From Epiperipatus broadwayi (Eukaryota > Animalia > Onychophora): a DNA stretch of 64,000 nucleotides. The stretch spans positions 7,502,001-7,566,000 of the forward strand of contig JAQFVV010000008.1 of NCBI GenBank assembly GCA_028023455.1. The letters run 5' to 3'. Position 1 is the first letter of the stretch. Every line of letters begins with the position of its first letter. Both the position numbers and the translations under genes were made by a program. Shown one piece after another: positions 1 to 11,280 of this stretch. A model generated the notes under the pieces. That model worked only from the letters and a program-made list of their open reading frames with translations, was not told where the DNA came from and searched no databases.

Positions 1-99
1 ATGATCCAAATGTTGATCCTGATTGTGAAAGATGGCTACCAAAAAGAGAAAGATCATATTATGCCAAAAAGCGTAAAGACAAACGAATTATTAATGTTG
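1..99 (+). CDS. SRP72: SRP72 internal coding exon (5' end outside window), SRP-RNA-binding region
   Basis: The frame starting at nt 3 reads DPNVDPDCERWLPKRERSYYAKKRKDKRIINV(G). This matches the SRP72 hallmark P-D-P-E-R-W-L-P-x-R-E-R-S-Y-Y. It ends at a GTAAG donor (100-104), phase 1. Confidence 0.95.
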
Positions 100-199
100 G
101 TAAGAATTATTAAAATTTCATTATTTGTAAATTTTTTATAAATATCACTAAATCTATCACTTTCTTTATTTTGCTGTAATATTTTATGTAAATACAATT

Positions 200-545
200 T
201 GTCCACCTTACTTCAAACATTTTTTAGCAAAAATTTTTTTATTGTATATACATACACAATTTGACATTTCGACTGCATCCTGCAATTTACCTCAGAGCTA
301 TGATATAATGACAAAATAAATAACTGCATACATAATACAATAAAAATAAAAATGTAAACAATAAAATTTAAAAAATAAAGAAAAATAACCAAATAAAACA
401 AAACATAATAAAACTAAAATAAATTAAATATGATAAAATGGAATTAAATAAAATAAAATTCAGATAATATAAAATAAAATATACAACATTAAATTGAAAT
501 ATCAAATAAATTTAGATTATACAAATGTATTCCTGTCTGTATATA
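200..545 (-). mobile_element. Penelope-like terminal-repeat (pLTR)-type repeat, copy A, with degenerate hammerhead core
   Basis: Reverse complement of 3608-3900, sharing the blocks tgtattcctgtctgtata, ataaaactaaaataaattaaatatgataaaatgga and ctcagagctatgatataatg. It contains CTGAGGTA-AATTGCA-GGA-TGCAGTC-GAAATGTC on the minus strand. Confidence 0.65.
263..295 (-). ncRNA. Degenerate minimal type I hammerhead ribozyme motif (copy A)
   Basis: The minus strand reads CTGAGGTAAATTGCAGGATGCAGTCGAAATGTC. It shows CUGANGA-like and GAAA boxes around a stem II. The A9-equivalent and stem III are mutated. Confidence 0.5.
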
Positions 546-546
546 G

Positions 547-1055
547 ATATTCATGAACAACTTAATTTATATATATATATTATTCTTTTTACTATATTTT
601 TTAATAATCCCTTAATTATTACTATGCCTTATAAATTAAAACTAATTTTATTTCCAAATTAATAAAGTACTTATTATGTTATTTTTATATATTCCTCTGT
701 TCAACATTATTTCATTTATTAAAAATATTCTTTTTAATTTTTAAATCATAAATAATATCTATTATTTTTTTATTCATTTTTCTATTATTAACTTTAAATA
801 AAAAGATAAATATAAAATATTGTTAATAATAGAAAAATGAATAAGAAAATAAAATATTTTATATGATTTAAAAATTAAAAATAATATTTTTAGTAAATGA
901 ATTAATGTTGAACTGAGAAATATATAAAAATAACACAAATATTTTATTAATTTGGGGATAATAAAATTACAGTTTTAATTTATAATTATTAGGGTGTTAT
1001 TAAAAAATATAGTAAAAAGAATAATGTATATAAATTAATAGTTCTTCATGAATAT
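547..1055. repeat. ~510 bp imperfect foldback palindrome (MITE/foldback-like)
   Basis: Arms 547-792 and 822-1055 are inverted. Examples: tattctttttactatattttttaataa / ttattaaaaaatatagtaaaaagaata, and ttattcatttttctattattaac / gttaataatagaaaaatgaataa. The spacer is ~29 nt. Confidence 0.85.
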
Positions 1056-1071
1056 ATATATATTGAAACAG

Positions 1072-1093
1072 TAAGATTCGTATTCGAATCTTA
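1072..1093. other. Perfect 9-bp stem-loop
   Basis: TAAGATTCG-tatt-CGAATCTTA. Confidence 0.8.
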
Positions 1094-1107
1094 AGTTTCA
1101 CCTTTTT

Positions 1108-1475
1108 CTGTCATCTCTCACTGACCGGTCTATCCCGCCCAAATTTAAACTTTTTGATATCGAGTTGTGTGTGTAACAATATTAAAAATGTATAAATATA
1201 TGTAGAATTTAGCATAAACACGCACACATTTCGATCTCAAATTAAACGCAATAAATAGGGATAAAATAATATAATTTAGATTTCTTTTAGTTATATCATT
1301 TTGTATAATTTTAATCATTTATTTTGGATTATAAAGTTTGTATTTATTGCTTCGTTTAAATTTCATTGAATAATTCTAAAAAAATCTGATATAATATTTA
1401 ATTAAAAGTTAAAATAATCTTATGTTCCCTTTTTGTTTTTGAAATTTAAAAGCATCGGTCAGTGATAGATAATAG
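1108..1475. mobile_element. Putative MITE with ~22 bp TIRs
   Basis: ctgtcatctctcactgaccggt at 1108 versus the reverse complement of 1454-1475 (ctattatctatcactgaccgat). No clear TSD. Confidence 0.45.
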
Positions 1476-2249
1476 ATTAATTAAAGAAAAATTCCCTAAA
1501 ATGTAATTAGGAAATGTAAAATGTAAACAATAGAACGGCAGCTTTCTTTAATTAAAAAAACCAACTAAATGCATTGATTATCCTCAGGGCAGATTAAATA
1601 GAACCTAAAAATATCTTCACAAAAATGTGAAAAATCAAGATAAGAAAAGAGGCCATCTTAGACTTGCTGGAGACATTCACTTAAACTTTAGCTTTGCTCT
1701 CGAGTCTCCAAAATATATAAAATAATTTGTTCCTGCCAAGGTATGACCGAGTAAAGCACCTAGATTATTCTCCATCGGGAGATGGCCTATCGGATGCTGA
1801 ACTTTCCATTGCCCATCATAAATTCACCATGAAGATCTGCTGCCTGAAATAAATGAAAAGCTGCTGCTGCTGCTGTGAAATTAAATGAAATATCTAAATA
1901 CAAGAAAGACTTGCCACTCGTGAACTTTTTGCTGCTAAACTAATGGAATCAGAAAACTTCTTAGAAAACAGGTACCTGTCTGAGTTCAAACTCTAGAGTA
2001 CTCTAATATCATGCTATAGCTCTTCTTCATATTACTTATCTAAATTATAAAATGTAAAAACTACCATTTGTATAACTAAATTGAATAATTAATTTAATAT
2101 GTAAATTTCTCTACTAATCTAGCTTACCTCATTCTATCTTGGGTGCATATTTCTATAATCTACATTTCTATCTATAGTTATTATTTAATTATTGCATGCT
2201 CACAATTGTCTCTATTGTCAAAGTTTAAATCTATGATCGTTTGAAACAG

Positions 2250-2324
2250 TGAATGCGTGTCATATTTTCATTAATGTGTACTTTCCTAAATAACTTAACT
2301 TTCATATAAATCGACACGCATTCA
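2250..2324. repeat. 12-bp perfect inverted repeat with ~51 nt spacer
   Basis: TGAATGCGTGTC (2250-2261) and GACACGCATTCA (2313-2324). Confidence 0.7.
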
Positions 2325-2337
2325 GTGCATCATTTAT

Positions 2338-3607
2338 TGTAAGGCAGGGTCTACTACTTCGCAAATGGCTGGCATATTAGTTGTCATAACTCCCAGTTTA
2401 TATATATTTTGTATTTATTAAATTTAATGAATAATTCTAGAAAATCCCATTTCTTTGAGAGTCGCCAGAGTTCTTGAGTAAATGTTGGTAATGTAGGGCC
2501 AAGTCAGAAATCTATTTAAATCTCATCATAACCGTTTATACAGTATACATGTGTTACGTTTTAGAGACGCGATGATCTATTCCGCCGTAAATATTCCGGA
2601 TTCTTCAGGGTTGAAATTAACCCTCGTCGTCCTACACAAGCGGACATAATAAATGCTCCCGTAGGATTTGACCTGTCATGCAGCCAGCGGCAAATTGCGA
2701 TACGTACCGCTTGTCCCTGGTTATGCTTATGTGACACCTTACTTCGTCGGGCCTCGGCAGAGACCAGCTTGACATTCTTATAAACCCATTCGTGGCATTG
2801 CAGTTTCGATATACTGCCATTCCAAAGCGAACCACGTGCTCCTTTGCTCAATTCTATTATTCTATATATCACTCCGCCTCTGCATTATCTTCGTAATTCA
2901 CTCTCAAATAAATGTTGCCCTTAGTCATAAAATATATAGTTTAATTAAATAAATATATGTCCGCCGCTACTCTTAAATCTTACTTTAGACTCTTGCATTG
3001 CAAAGGTATAAATTCCCCAAGGCATGCATTAGAAATACTTACTCGAGAATTTTAGGTAGCTAGATTACGCTTTCAAATAAATGTATTCCTTTTGTAAACA
3101 TTACAGTATCGGAAATACCGCTACTGAAATCCTCAATATAAAATAATGTCTAAATAAATAAATGTACTCTTTAAAATATAATCATGTCGCATATTCCGCT
3201 ACTGAAGCTTTCAATCCCTAAAATATTATTAGTCAATGTTTTATTAAAATGTATTAATAAATAATTTCAAACTATATGTCTGCAGTTACGTTTCATTTAT
3301 TCGATACCCATTCTATATAATATTTCCTCGATTATGTAAATATGAATGTTTAATTAATATTAGTTTGATTATTGGCTAACTCGAGAATAAAATCATGAAT
3401 CTCTTGCATCTCCCTGACCACCCTGCCTAAGGAAATATTTACTAATGTCGCATCAGATGCGTTGTTTCGTGGATTGTATTGTGGAACCGATAAACTATGT
3501 TCGAACTCAGTACCACGGGTGGCTTCGCTACTCGATGGTGCTGCTGTTCTGTATGGTGGTCGAATTCTGCACTATGTTTACGAGTCACACGTTTTCTGAC
3601 CGTTACA
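2338..3607. mobile_element. Candidate long solo LTR (~1.27 kb)
   Basis: It begins TGTAAGGCAG and ends CTGACCGTTACA (inverted TGTAA..TTACA termini). It has a CpG-rich core and internal degenerate repeats (ccgctactgaa), in an AT-rich background. Flanks ttat/atat are only a near-match TSD. Confidence 0.5.
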
Positions 3608-3900
3608 ATATATACAGACAGGAATACATTTATATAATTATATTTATTTTATATTATCTGTATTTTATTTCCATTTTATCATATTTAATTTATTTTAGTT
3701 TTATTGTTTTATATTTTATTTCATGTTATTTTCTTTTTTAAAATTTTTACATTTGACTTTTATTGTATTATTTATATAGTTATTTATTTTATTTTTCCAT
3801 TATATCATAGCTCTGAGGAAGACTGCAGGGCAGTTGAAACATCAGATAGTGTATATATAAAATAAAAAAATGTTTGCTAGAAAGTGTTTAAAGATGGAAA
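3608..3900 (+). mobile_element. Penelope-like terminal-repeat (pLTR)-type repeat, copy B
   Basis: Inverted copy of 200-545. It contains CTGAGGAAGACTGCAGGGCAGTTGAAACATC. Confidence 0.65.
3813..3843 (+). ncRNA. Degenerate minimal type I hammerhead ribozyme motif (copy B), sense strand of SRP72 intron
   Basis: CTGAGGA (CUGANGA box), A, GACTGC-agg-GCAGTT (stem II), GAAAC, ATC. The stem III palindrome ACGT appears decayed to ACAT. Confidence 0.55.
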
Positions 3901-3970
3901 AATTATATTTATTATTAAATTTCTTATATTTATTTTTGAATATATTTGATAATTTTTATTTTATTTTCAG

Positions 3971-4013
3971 GAAAAGGTACACAAGGAACAACTACAGGAG
4001 GAAATAATGAAAT
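3971..4013 (+). CDS. SRP72: SRP72 short coding exon
   Basis: ttattttcag acceptor and GTAAAT donor. In phase with the previous exon it gives (G)KGTQGTTTGGNNE(M). GKGTQG is the conserved SRP72 motif that follows the RNA-binding segment. Confidence 0.93.
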
Positions 4014-5676
4014 GTAAATTGATTTGCCATTTTTGTTTATAATTTAAAGTAAACAAGTGCATAATTTTCATATTTAATTATGCTAGCTTAAATTTAATAT
4101 TTATAGAATATTAGAATGTTTTTCCAGGCTGCATTTGACTTTTTGTGATTTGATAATTATTGTTTTAAATAATTGAATAAATTAGATCCCCAAGTTCAGA
4201 TCTTTAATTTGTTTCAAGATATTAGCTTTGAATAATTAAATTTTGGTTTCTGCTGACTGATTAATCATATTATCAGCATAAATTTCATTTCTATTTATTT
4301 TTTAGTCCAAAGTTTATAAATATAAAGAGAATCAAGCATTATAATGGAGGCATTTATTTTAAATATAATGATAAGCGCATAATCAAAGAAACTTCAATTG
4401 TAGATAAAATTCTTTCAAATATAATTTTTTTTTTTAAAAAAAAATTAGAAGAAAATTTAACATATGAATATTTTGAATAGAATTTAAACTCTTATTAATG
4501 AATTAGAAATATTTTCTTTTAAAATAATTTTTGAAATCTAAAAGTAATTTATTTTTTTAGCATTTTAAATAGCATGAAATTCATTTACTCATTTATTTTT
4601 TCTGCAATAGACATAATTTATTTTAAATAGGTTACATTGTGATGTTTTGGTCTGTAATTAAACAATAGAACAATTTGCTTTTTTAAAGATAAAAAGTTTT
4701 TATTTTGTATATGTGAATATGTTGATCATTTTCAGCTTTTTTTAAAATTCTATGATCAATAGGTTTTTTATAAAAAAATTTCGGATTCTTTTTTTTACTA
4801 GTTACTATATAAACACTATATTACTTTATGAACTTACACATTATGTGATAATGTAGTATACATCTGTATTGCTTGATAAAGAATATTTTAAACTTTTAAA
4901 TTCTAAAAATCAAAAATATGTATCATAATAATTTCTAAAATATTTATTTCTTTATCTGATTTCATATAATAAATAAAGGAGTCATAATAAAGAATCAATT
5001 GTAACCGACCTATTAATAAATATGTCCACATGTTCTCTTCTTAACTGCACTTAAATTCTCATATTTTGTTAAATATAATATTAGAAAATTTATATAATAT
5101 GCTTAGTCATCATGAACATAAAAACTAGAAACTGATCTGGAGAGGAGATATTATGGCATTATTCCATCTTATGTCTACTATTAATTACTCAAGCTTACAT
5201 TAGTTCCTCAAAACGAATTTTGGTGGCTTACATATGGCCTTATATATAATAATAATAATGTCTGGAGATTGTTTTACCATATCAAAGCATAAATTAAATA
5301 GTATTAGTACATGCTCATTCATCAGAATATGAAATAAATAAATTAAGATTGAATGTATCACAAAACTTCATCTTACTCTAAGCTTTATAGCAGTCTTAAG
5401 AATTAATCATGAAATGTTCAAGGAGTTACTTGCTAGCCTCCTACCTAATTTAATTAGAATAGTATTTTTTAGTCAGTATTTATCAATTATAAATACTTAT
5501 ATTAGTTGCCATTTGATAGCTTTATATTATTTTATTATTTTAAATATCCATATTTGCTCGAATTAAAACTTTTAAAAACAAAAAAAAATGTTTATTTTGA
5601 TACATGTGTGGAAATAATTGGTTTTTTTTTTTAAATGGTTAATTTATTACATTTATATATGCTCTTTATTTTTTAG

Positions 5677-5818
5677 GGATCTTTCCAAACCTCCTAGTTT
5701 ACCTAATTCACCAAGACCAGGTACCCAAGTTGTCCAGCCAAACCCAGTAGCAGGTCCAAGGTTACAAAAACCTCAAGGTGCTAATAGGAAAAAGAAGAAA
5801 AAAGTTAATAAAAAATAA
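5677..5818 (+). CDS. SRP72: SRP72 last coding exon
   Basis: ttttttag acceptor, phase 2. It encodes (M)DLSKPPSLPNSPRPGTQVVQPNPVAGPRLQKPQGANRKKKKKVNKK*. This matches the SRP72 C-terminus (SPRPG, PRxQKP, poly-Lys tail). Confidence 0.93.
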
Positions 5819-7479
5819 TTAGATGAAAATTATCCAAAGACATATGTATAAAAAGATTTGAAGTGGCAATGTGTAAAGATGTGAGCTTTTTTATGAAGTT
5901 GGAGAATAAAATATATATATTTAAACGGTCATATTAAGTTGTAATTTGTTGATTGATTAACACCAAAATTATAAGGTTGTGGTATTGTGCTATTTTTAAT
6001 TATTTTGCTTTGAGATAATTAGCTTATCTAGTCATTCAAATATTGATTGGTAAATATTTAGCTATTCTTAAATAGAGGATAAAATGTAAATGGAAAACTA
6101 TAAAATCTTCACCAACCAAAAGACTGAAAGCCAGATGAGTAATATCTTCTCCATTATTGTTTCTCATGTGTGGAGGTCCAGACTGGGAAATCTTGTCCTC
6201 CGATAAGCTATTTAAAGGCTATTTATCTTAAATTTTTGTTCAATGCTATAAATGTAATTGATGCTTATAATGCATATGGTATCACATTGATTTTGTTTTT
6301 GAAAATAATTGCTTATTAAATATTTTTTTTGCTGTTGGATTATTTATAATAATATATGTATGAACAAAAAATTTTTATATCACTAGACATAAAAATTTAT
6401 TTAATAAAAAATTTATACAGCAAATCTAATGAGTTTAAGACTTATAATTGTTTTTATTAAATTATCATTAAAATTCTAATCTTAACAAATTAATAAATAA
6501 TCATCCATTATTAACAATGATGTAAAGGCTTCTCAATACTTTTTTACAGTCTATCAAGTTTTTCCATAATAATAAAGGATCTCAAAATTTATTGCAAGAA
6601 TACTTCTTTATTCTTAATATTCAATTAAAAATTATTATAGTTATCCTCATTTTTTGATAAGTCCTCTTATAATTTAAGTTTTTTTAATATTTACAATCAT
6701 ATTTTTTGGGGTATGTACAAGCAATATGGGAAAAAAGTATATTGAAAATAATAAATAGTATAAACTTAACTAAAATGGAATCAATCTATTCTACAGTATG
6801 ATTCATATTTTAGGTATCAGTCCTTTTCATTAGGGAGATTAAACAATTTCTGGCATTGATCTATAGCAGATAAAGCTATTATCATAGATTAAGCTACAGA
6901 ACCAAATTGAGACTTATTAACTCTTAGATTATGTCTCCTTCAAATATTATTTAAATATGAATATGACAAAATAATATGAATTTCATTCATTATAAATGTA
7001 AAGGCAATCCAATCTTATCTAATCAGTATGATGATTATTTTGTCATGATTGATTATCTTCAAAGTCAGTTTTGCACATCAATTCATAGCTATAATTTTCA
7101 ATTGCTGTTTTTTTTTAAAGGATCTATCACTTTATTTGTTCATTTTCCTATCCTCTTCATATTTTTCACAATTTCTCTACTTTTAATTATGCCCAATCCT
7201 TGTTTTTTTAAATTTCCTTAATAAAATGTTTTTTTATATTGGTAACCTTCCTAATTGTCTTTTTTTTTTTACTCTACAAATTACATCTTAAACATTTTCA
7301 ATTTTTTCTACTTCCTTTTCCTAATAATTCCCAACCTCGCCTTTTAATAAAGCTACATTCAAAGTAAACATTTAACTTTCTTAATATAATCTGTACATCT
7401 TACTTGGAACATTTTATTGTAAAAAATTTTTCGAGATATATATATATATGTGTGGTCTTCCTCACAGCTATAATGCAGT

Positions 7480-7610
7480 GAGAAATATATTTTGTGCTCT
7501 ACATATTTTTTTTTTTATTAATTACATTATTATTTATTTTATTTACATAGCTCTGAGGAAGACTGCAGGAAAATCTGTTGGATTGTATCTATGTATATAA
7601 AAAAAATTTT
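7480..7610 (+). mobile_element. Truncated third copy (C) of the hammerhead-bearing repeat
   Basis: tatttattttatttacatagctctgaggaagactgcaggaaaatc matches copy B up to stem II. The 3' half of stem II is deleted. Downstream sequence resembles copies A/B (tatataaaaaaaatttttggtatagtgtttgaaag). Confidence 0.6.
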
Positions 7611-7739
7611 TGGTATAGTGTTTGAAAGTAAACTGTACATAATTTTATAAAATTTACAGCAAAATAAAAAAAGTAATAGATTTAGTGACATTTAAGTCTC
7701 TTAAGTATAACTTTAATACACCAAAAAATAAGTTTTTAA

Positions 7740-8560
7740 TAAAAACCTATCACCCATTGCAGATTTCTCTCTTAATATCTTTAATGTGTGTTAAATTAAA
7801 TCAAATGAATGCAATGTTTGTGGATTGTCCTGACTGTTGATGAGATTCCACTTGCATCTTGGGAAATGAAAAACCAGCTAGCTTCATTATTGGATCTGGA
7901 AAAAGAAATTTGTTTGGAACTTCATAATTCCATTTTTTATATCATGATTCTTTAATTGTAATTCTTGACTGAACATCCAAAAAGGAAATCTTGAATTGAG
8001 TCTTAGGTGTAAAAGTATGTGTTATTGATAATAGTTATTAATTAGGCTATCAGAAAAAAAATTCCATACACTAATTAAGATTATAAATAATTAAATATTA
8101 AACACTAATTTATTACTTCCTGTGCAACTCTAATTATCACCTATAATTATTTAATTTTTATTCTAATTTTTAAAACAAATTTCTTTAATTTTACTTAATA
8201 TTTTGTTAAGCTTAATTATGATATTAACAAAATTTATGCAATGTATGAAACACTAATTGTAATTTCATTTTCAGCAATTTATCCGTATTAAACAAAACAA
8301 TAAACAGCAAGCTTGTTTTATATCCATCTTGTTTACAAATATCTTCTGATTAATATAAAAATTACTAACATTATTTCTAACTTCCAATCTATATCTTTTT
8401 CTAAATAACTGATTTTAATCTATCAAATGCATTTTGAGATCAGTAAAATAAATACTGCTATTCTTTTTTTTTTATATATATACATCGCAGCTATGATCCT
8501 CATCATTTTAATTACATCTGTAATATCTCCTCTAATTCTAAATTGTTTTTTACATATTAA
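7740..8560 (-). mobile_element. Highly degenerate Penelope-like RT remnant
   Basis: Minus-strand fragments such as ITHTFTPKTQFKISFLDV resemble the PLE RT FT.E.E....ISFLDV motif. LEEILQ resembles the pre-RT segment. There are many stops and frameshifts. Confidence 0.3.
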
Positions 8561-10749
8561 TTTTTAGATAGGAAATATAAAAAGTTTTCTTTTATAAGTT
8601 CAATTCTTTAATGAAATAAAATATTTATTTAAACGGTTTTTATTTAACAAGATAAAAAGAAAAATCTACAGGATATTAAGATTTTTTTTACATAAAATCA
8701 ATTGAAATCAGAAGTAAAAATTTGTATTATTATCAAAATTAATTACTCTGAACATGTTATCTTGGATTTATAATTAAGCTTGGTTATATATTTTATTTCC
8801 TTGTCTTAAATTTTAGTTTGTTTAAAAATAGGAAGTGTTTTTTTCAGTAAGCTTGTTTTTAATTATAAGATTAAAATTTAGAAAAAAACTAATATAAATA
8901 GCAGACGGTAGAAATCATCATGGCATTTTTTTTATTTTTGCATTGTCATGCTTATCATCAAGATTTATCTTCTAATGTGTAACTAACAAGAATCCAGAGT
9001 ACCAGAAATTTTCTGTGCTGTGTTAGTTTACACTTAGAAACTCCTTTCTAGTTATTAGAACTGGCTTACAGAAGTGCTTCTGATTCTTGAAATAGCGAAA
9101 TTAAGTCAACTATGTGCCAATCATATAAAACCAACTGTTAATGATGTACCTTTCAAATATGTTGAAAATCGATTATGACCTGGTAAACAATTCCAAGATG
9201 TTGAAATCTGATCATGACAGAATGTTTAAAAAAATTAACTAAAGAAAATATAGGATCCTGTATCATCAACTTTAACTTGGAATTTCCATACAGAGCTCGT
9301 GTAAAATGAAATCAAAAGGAAAAAAAAATGGATATAAATAAAATATTTTATTATTGCTGGTGAACATGATCTGAGGTAAATTATACAAGTTATTTTAATT
9401 TATAGACATTTTATGAACTTGATTTAAATTCTAAATGAACTTTCCTTTTATCTATAGACTTATATTATTATTTCACCATCAATTAAGTAGGTTTTTTTTT
9501 AGCTAACAAATATTGAATGTTATAGTTAAGGCTCTTGAATCATATATTATAATGCTAGATTAAGAGTTGACAAAAAAAAAAAAAGAGCTATTTATGAGAA
9601 TTAAGATCCTCAGCTTAATTATTTAAGTTGTTAGAAATTAGTATTATTTATGTAAACTGTATAAATATAAATCATAACAGGTATATCAATGGGGATTATT
9701 ATTTCAAAATTAATCTCTTAATATTATTGAATTTTAAAATATGTTATTGGAATCAGTATATCAATATTTTGTATAAAAAAGGGGGGAAATAAAGTTAAGG
9801 AATTTACTGGCAGCTTTTTAAAGCTGACTTTGGAATGTGCTTAGTTTCTTGATTTATTAAAGTAGATTTGACTTGTTAGTGAAAAGCTTTAGATTCTAGT
9901 TTTTCTTTTTAATATATATATATTACATAGACTTTTAAATAATAAAGAAGATATCAATGCATACCGATTGTGGACTGATGATTCACACTTGTAGAGATTT
10001 AAGTACAATTAATTATTTGTGTGATTGTTTTTACAAATGATGTGTTATTTGATATGGTACTGGATGCATATTATGTGTAATATTCATATATATGACTATG
10101 ATAAGATGCTTGATTGGAATGTGAGCTATTGTTGCCTACTAGATAAAATTCAGAAGAAATATATACATGCACACATACCGAACTTGACTTTATTATGCCA
10201 ACCAGACTCATTAACTAAGTAATGACTATTAGTTCACTAATGCAACTTGTTCCATGACATTAAAGTATTAAAATTGCCATATAAGTGCATATATAATTTA
10301 AAGTTTCAGGTTAGTATCCATTGAAATAATTTAATAAACACATTAAATAACAATTACAATATCCTGGTTAGCTATTAAATTCAATAACTCAAAATCATTT
10401 TAACATATAATTTAATATAACCTATACATTTTTAATATATTTATTTAGTAAATCTCTTTAATTTGTACTATCATTGGCTGTTGGCCAACTGGAAGTTAAG
10501 TTTCTGGATCTCCATGACTTATTGGATGTAATTAACTTACTAATAGTGATTGAGGGCTTTGTAGAGATTTATGGTTTAGTGTCCTCATCAATAAATTATA
10601 AGCTTCCTATATAAAATAAGTGGTCAACCCCTAATGGATGTTTCGAGATAAAAAAATTTTAAATGATAAATCTATTGGAGCCCTCTGATGATGAATGTTG
10701 ACCATATCTGCAGACTCAAGAGATTGTTACAATATATTTACACTGCAAT

Positions 10750-11280
10750 GATTACTCATTCTTCTAAAAGACATTAATACTGGTATAATAAAATTTACTG
10801 AATTGTCAACATGCGCATGGAGATTCAGATATTGATACACCTATAAAAATATAGGCAGTCTTTAAATATCTGGATTAGGAATAATCTCTAGTTTAATAAA
10901 TGATTAGTAATAATCGTTAATGTATTATTTATATGAAATGATTGATGTCAAAGTTGTGAATGCAGAATGTTTGACACTTATAAATTAAAGTGTAACAATA
11001 TTTATAATACTGAGGATGTATGAGATTGTGACTTGACCAACTATACGTCTTCAAATTTGATATACCTGCATAATTTTCCACTTTACTGAACAACCTACAT
11101 ATATTTTGGAAATTTTATGACTAAACAAAATACTGCTTATAAGATGACTCGGAATGGGCATCAATTTAATTAATTTCTAATAGTAATAATATGTACTAAT
11201 CCTTTATTAATAAATTTTCTATAAATTTTTCAGAAGAGACGCATATACAATTAAAATGAGATGTCTTCTCTTTAAAATTA
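10750..11280 (+). mobile_element. Degenerate non-LTR (RTE-like) RT C-terminal remnant
   Basis: Fragments resembling FKYLG (gtctttaaatatctgga) and YGCE.WT (ggatgtatgagattgtgact). Heavily decayed. Confidence 0.3.

Noticed and set aside
213-401. 62-aa hydrophobic ORF, and similar F/I/L/Y-rich ORFs in the track (e.g. 3445-3741, 23528-23743, 28563-28763, 57678-58025)
   Set aside because: These are composition artefacts of T-rich or repeat DNA. They have no motifs or splice context, and many lie inside repeats or LTRs.
1560-1800. YPQGRLNRT-like fragment suggesting a Gypsy integrase
   Set aside because: Only one short motif resemblance amid stops, which is insufficient to call.
2561-2872. 103-aa minus-strand ORF
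   Set aside because: It lies in the GC-rich core of a solo-LTR candidate, where stops are rarer. No recognisable domain.
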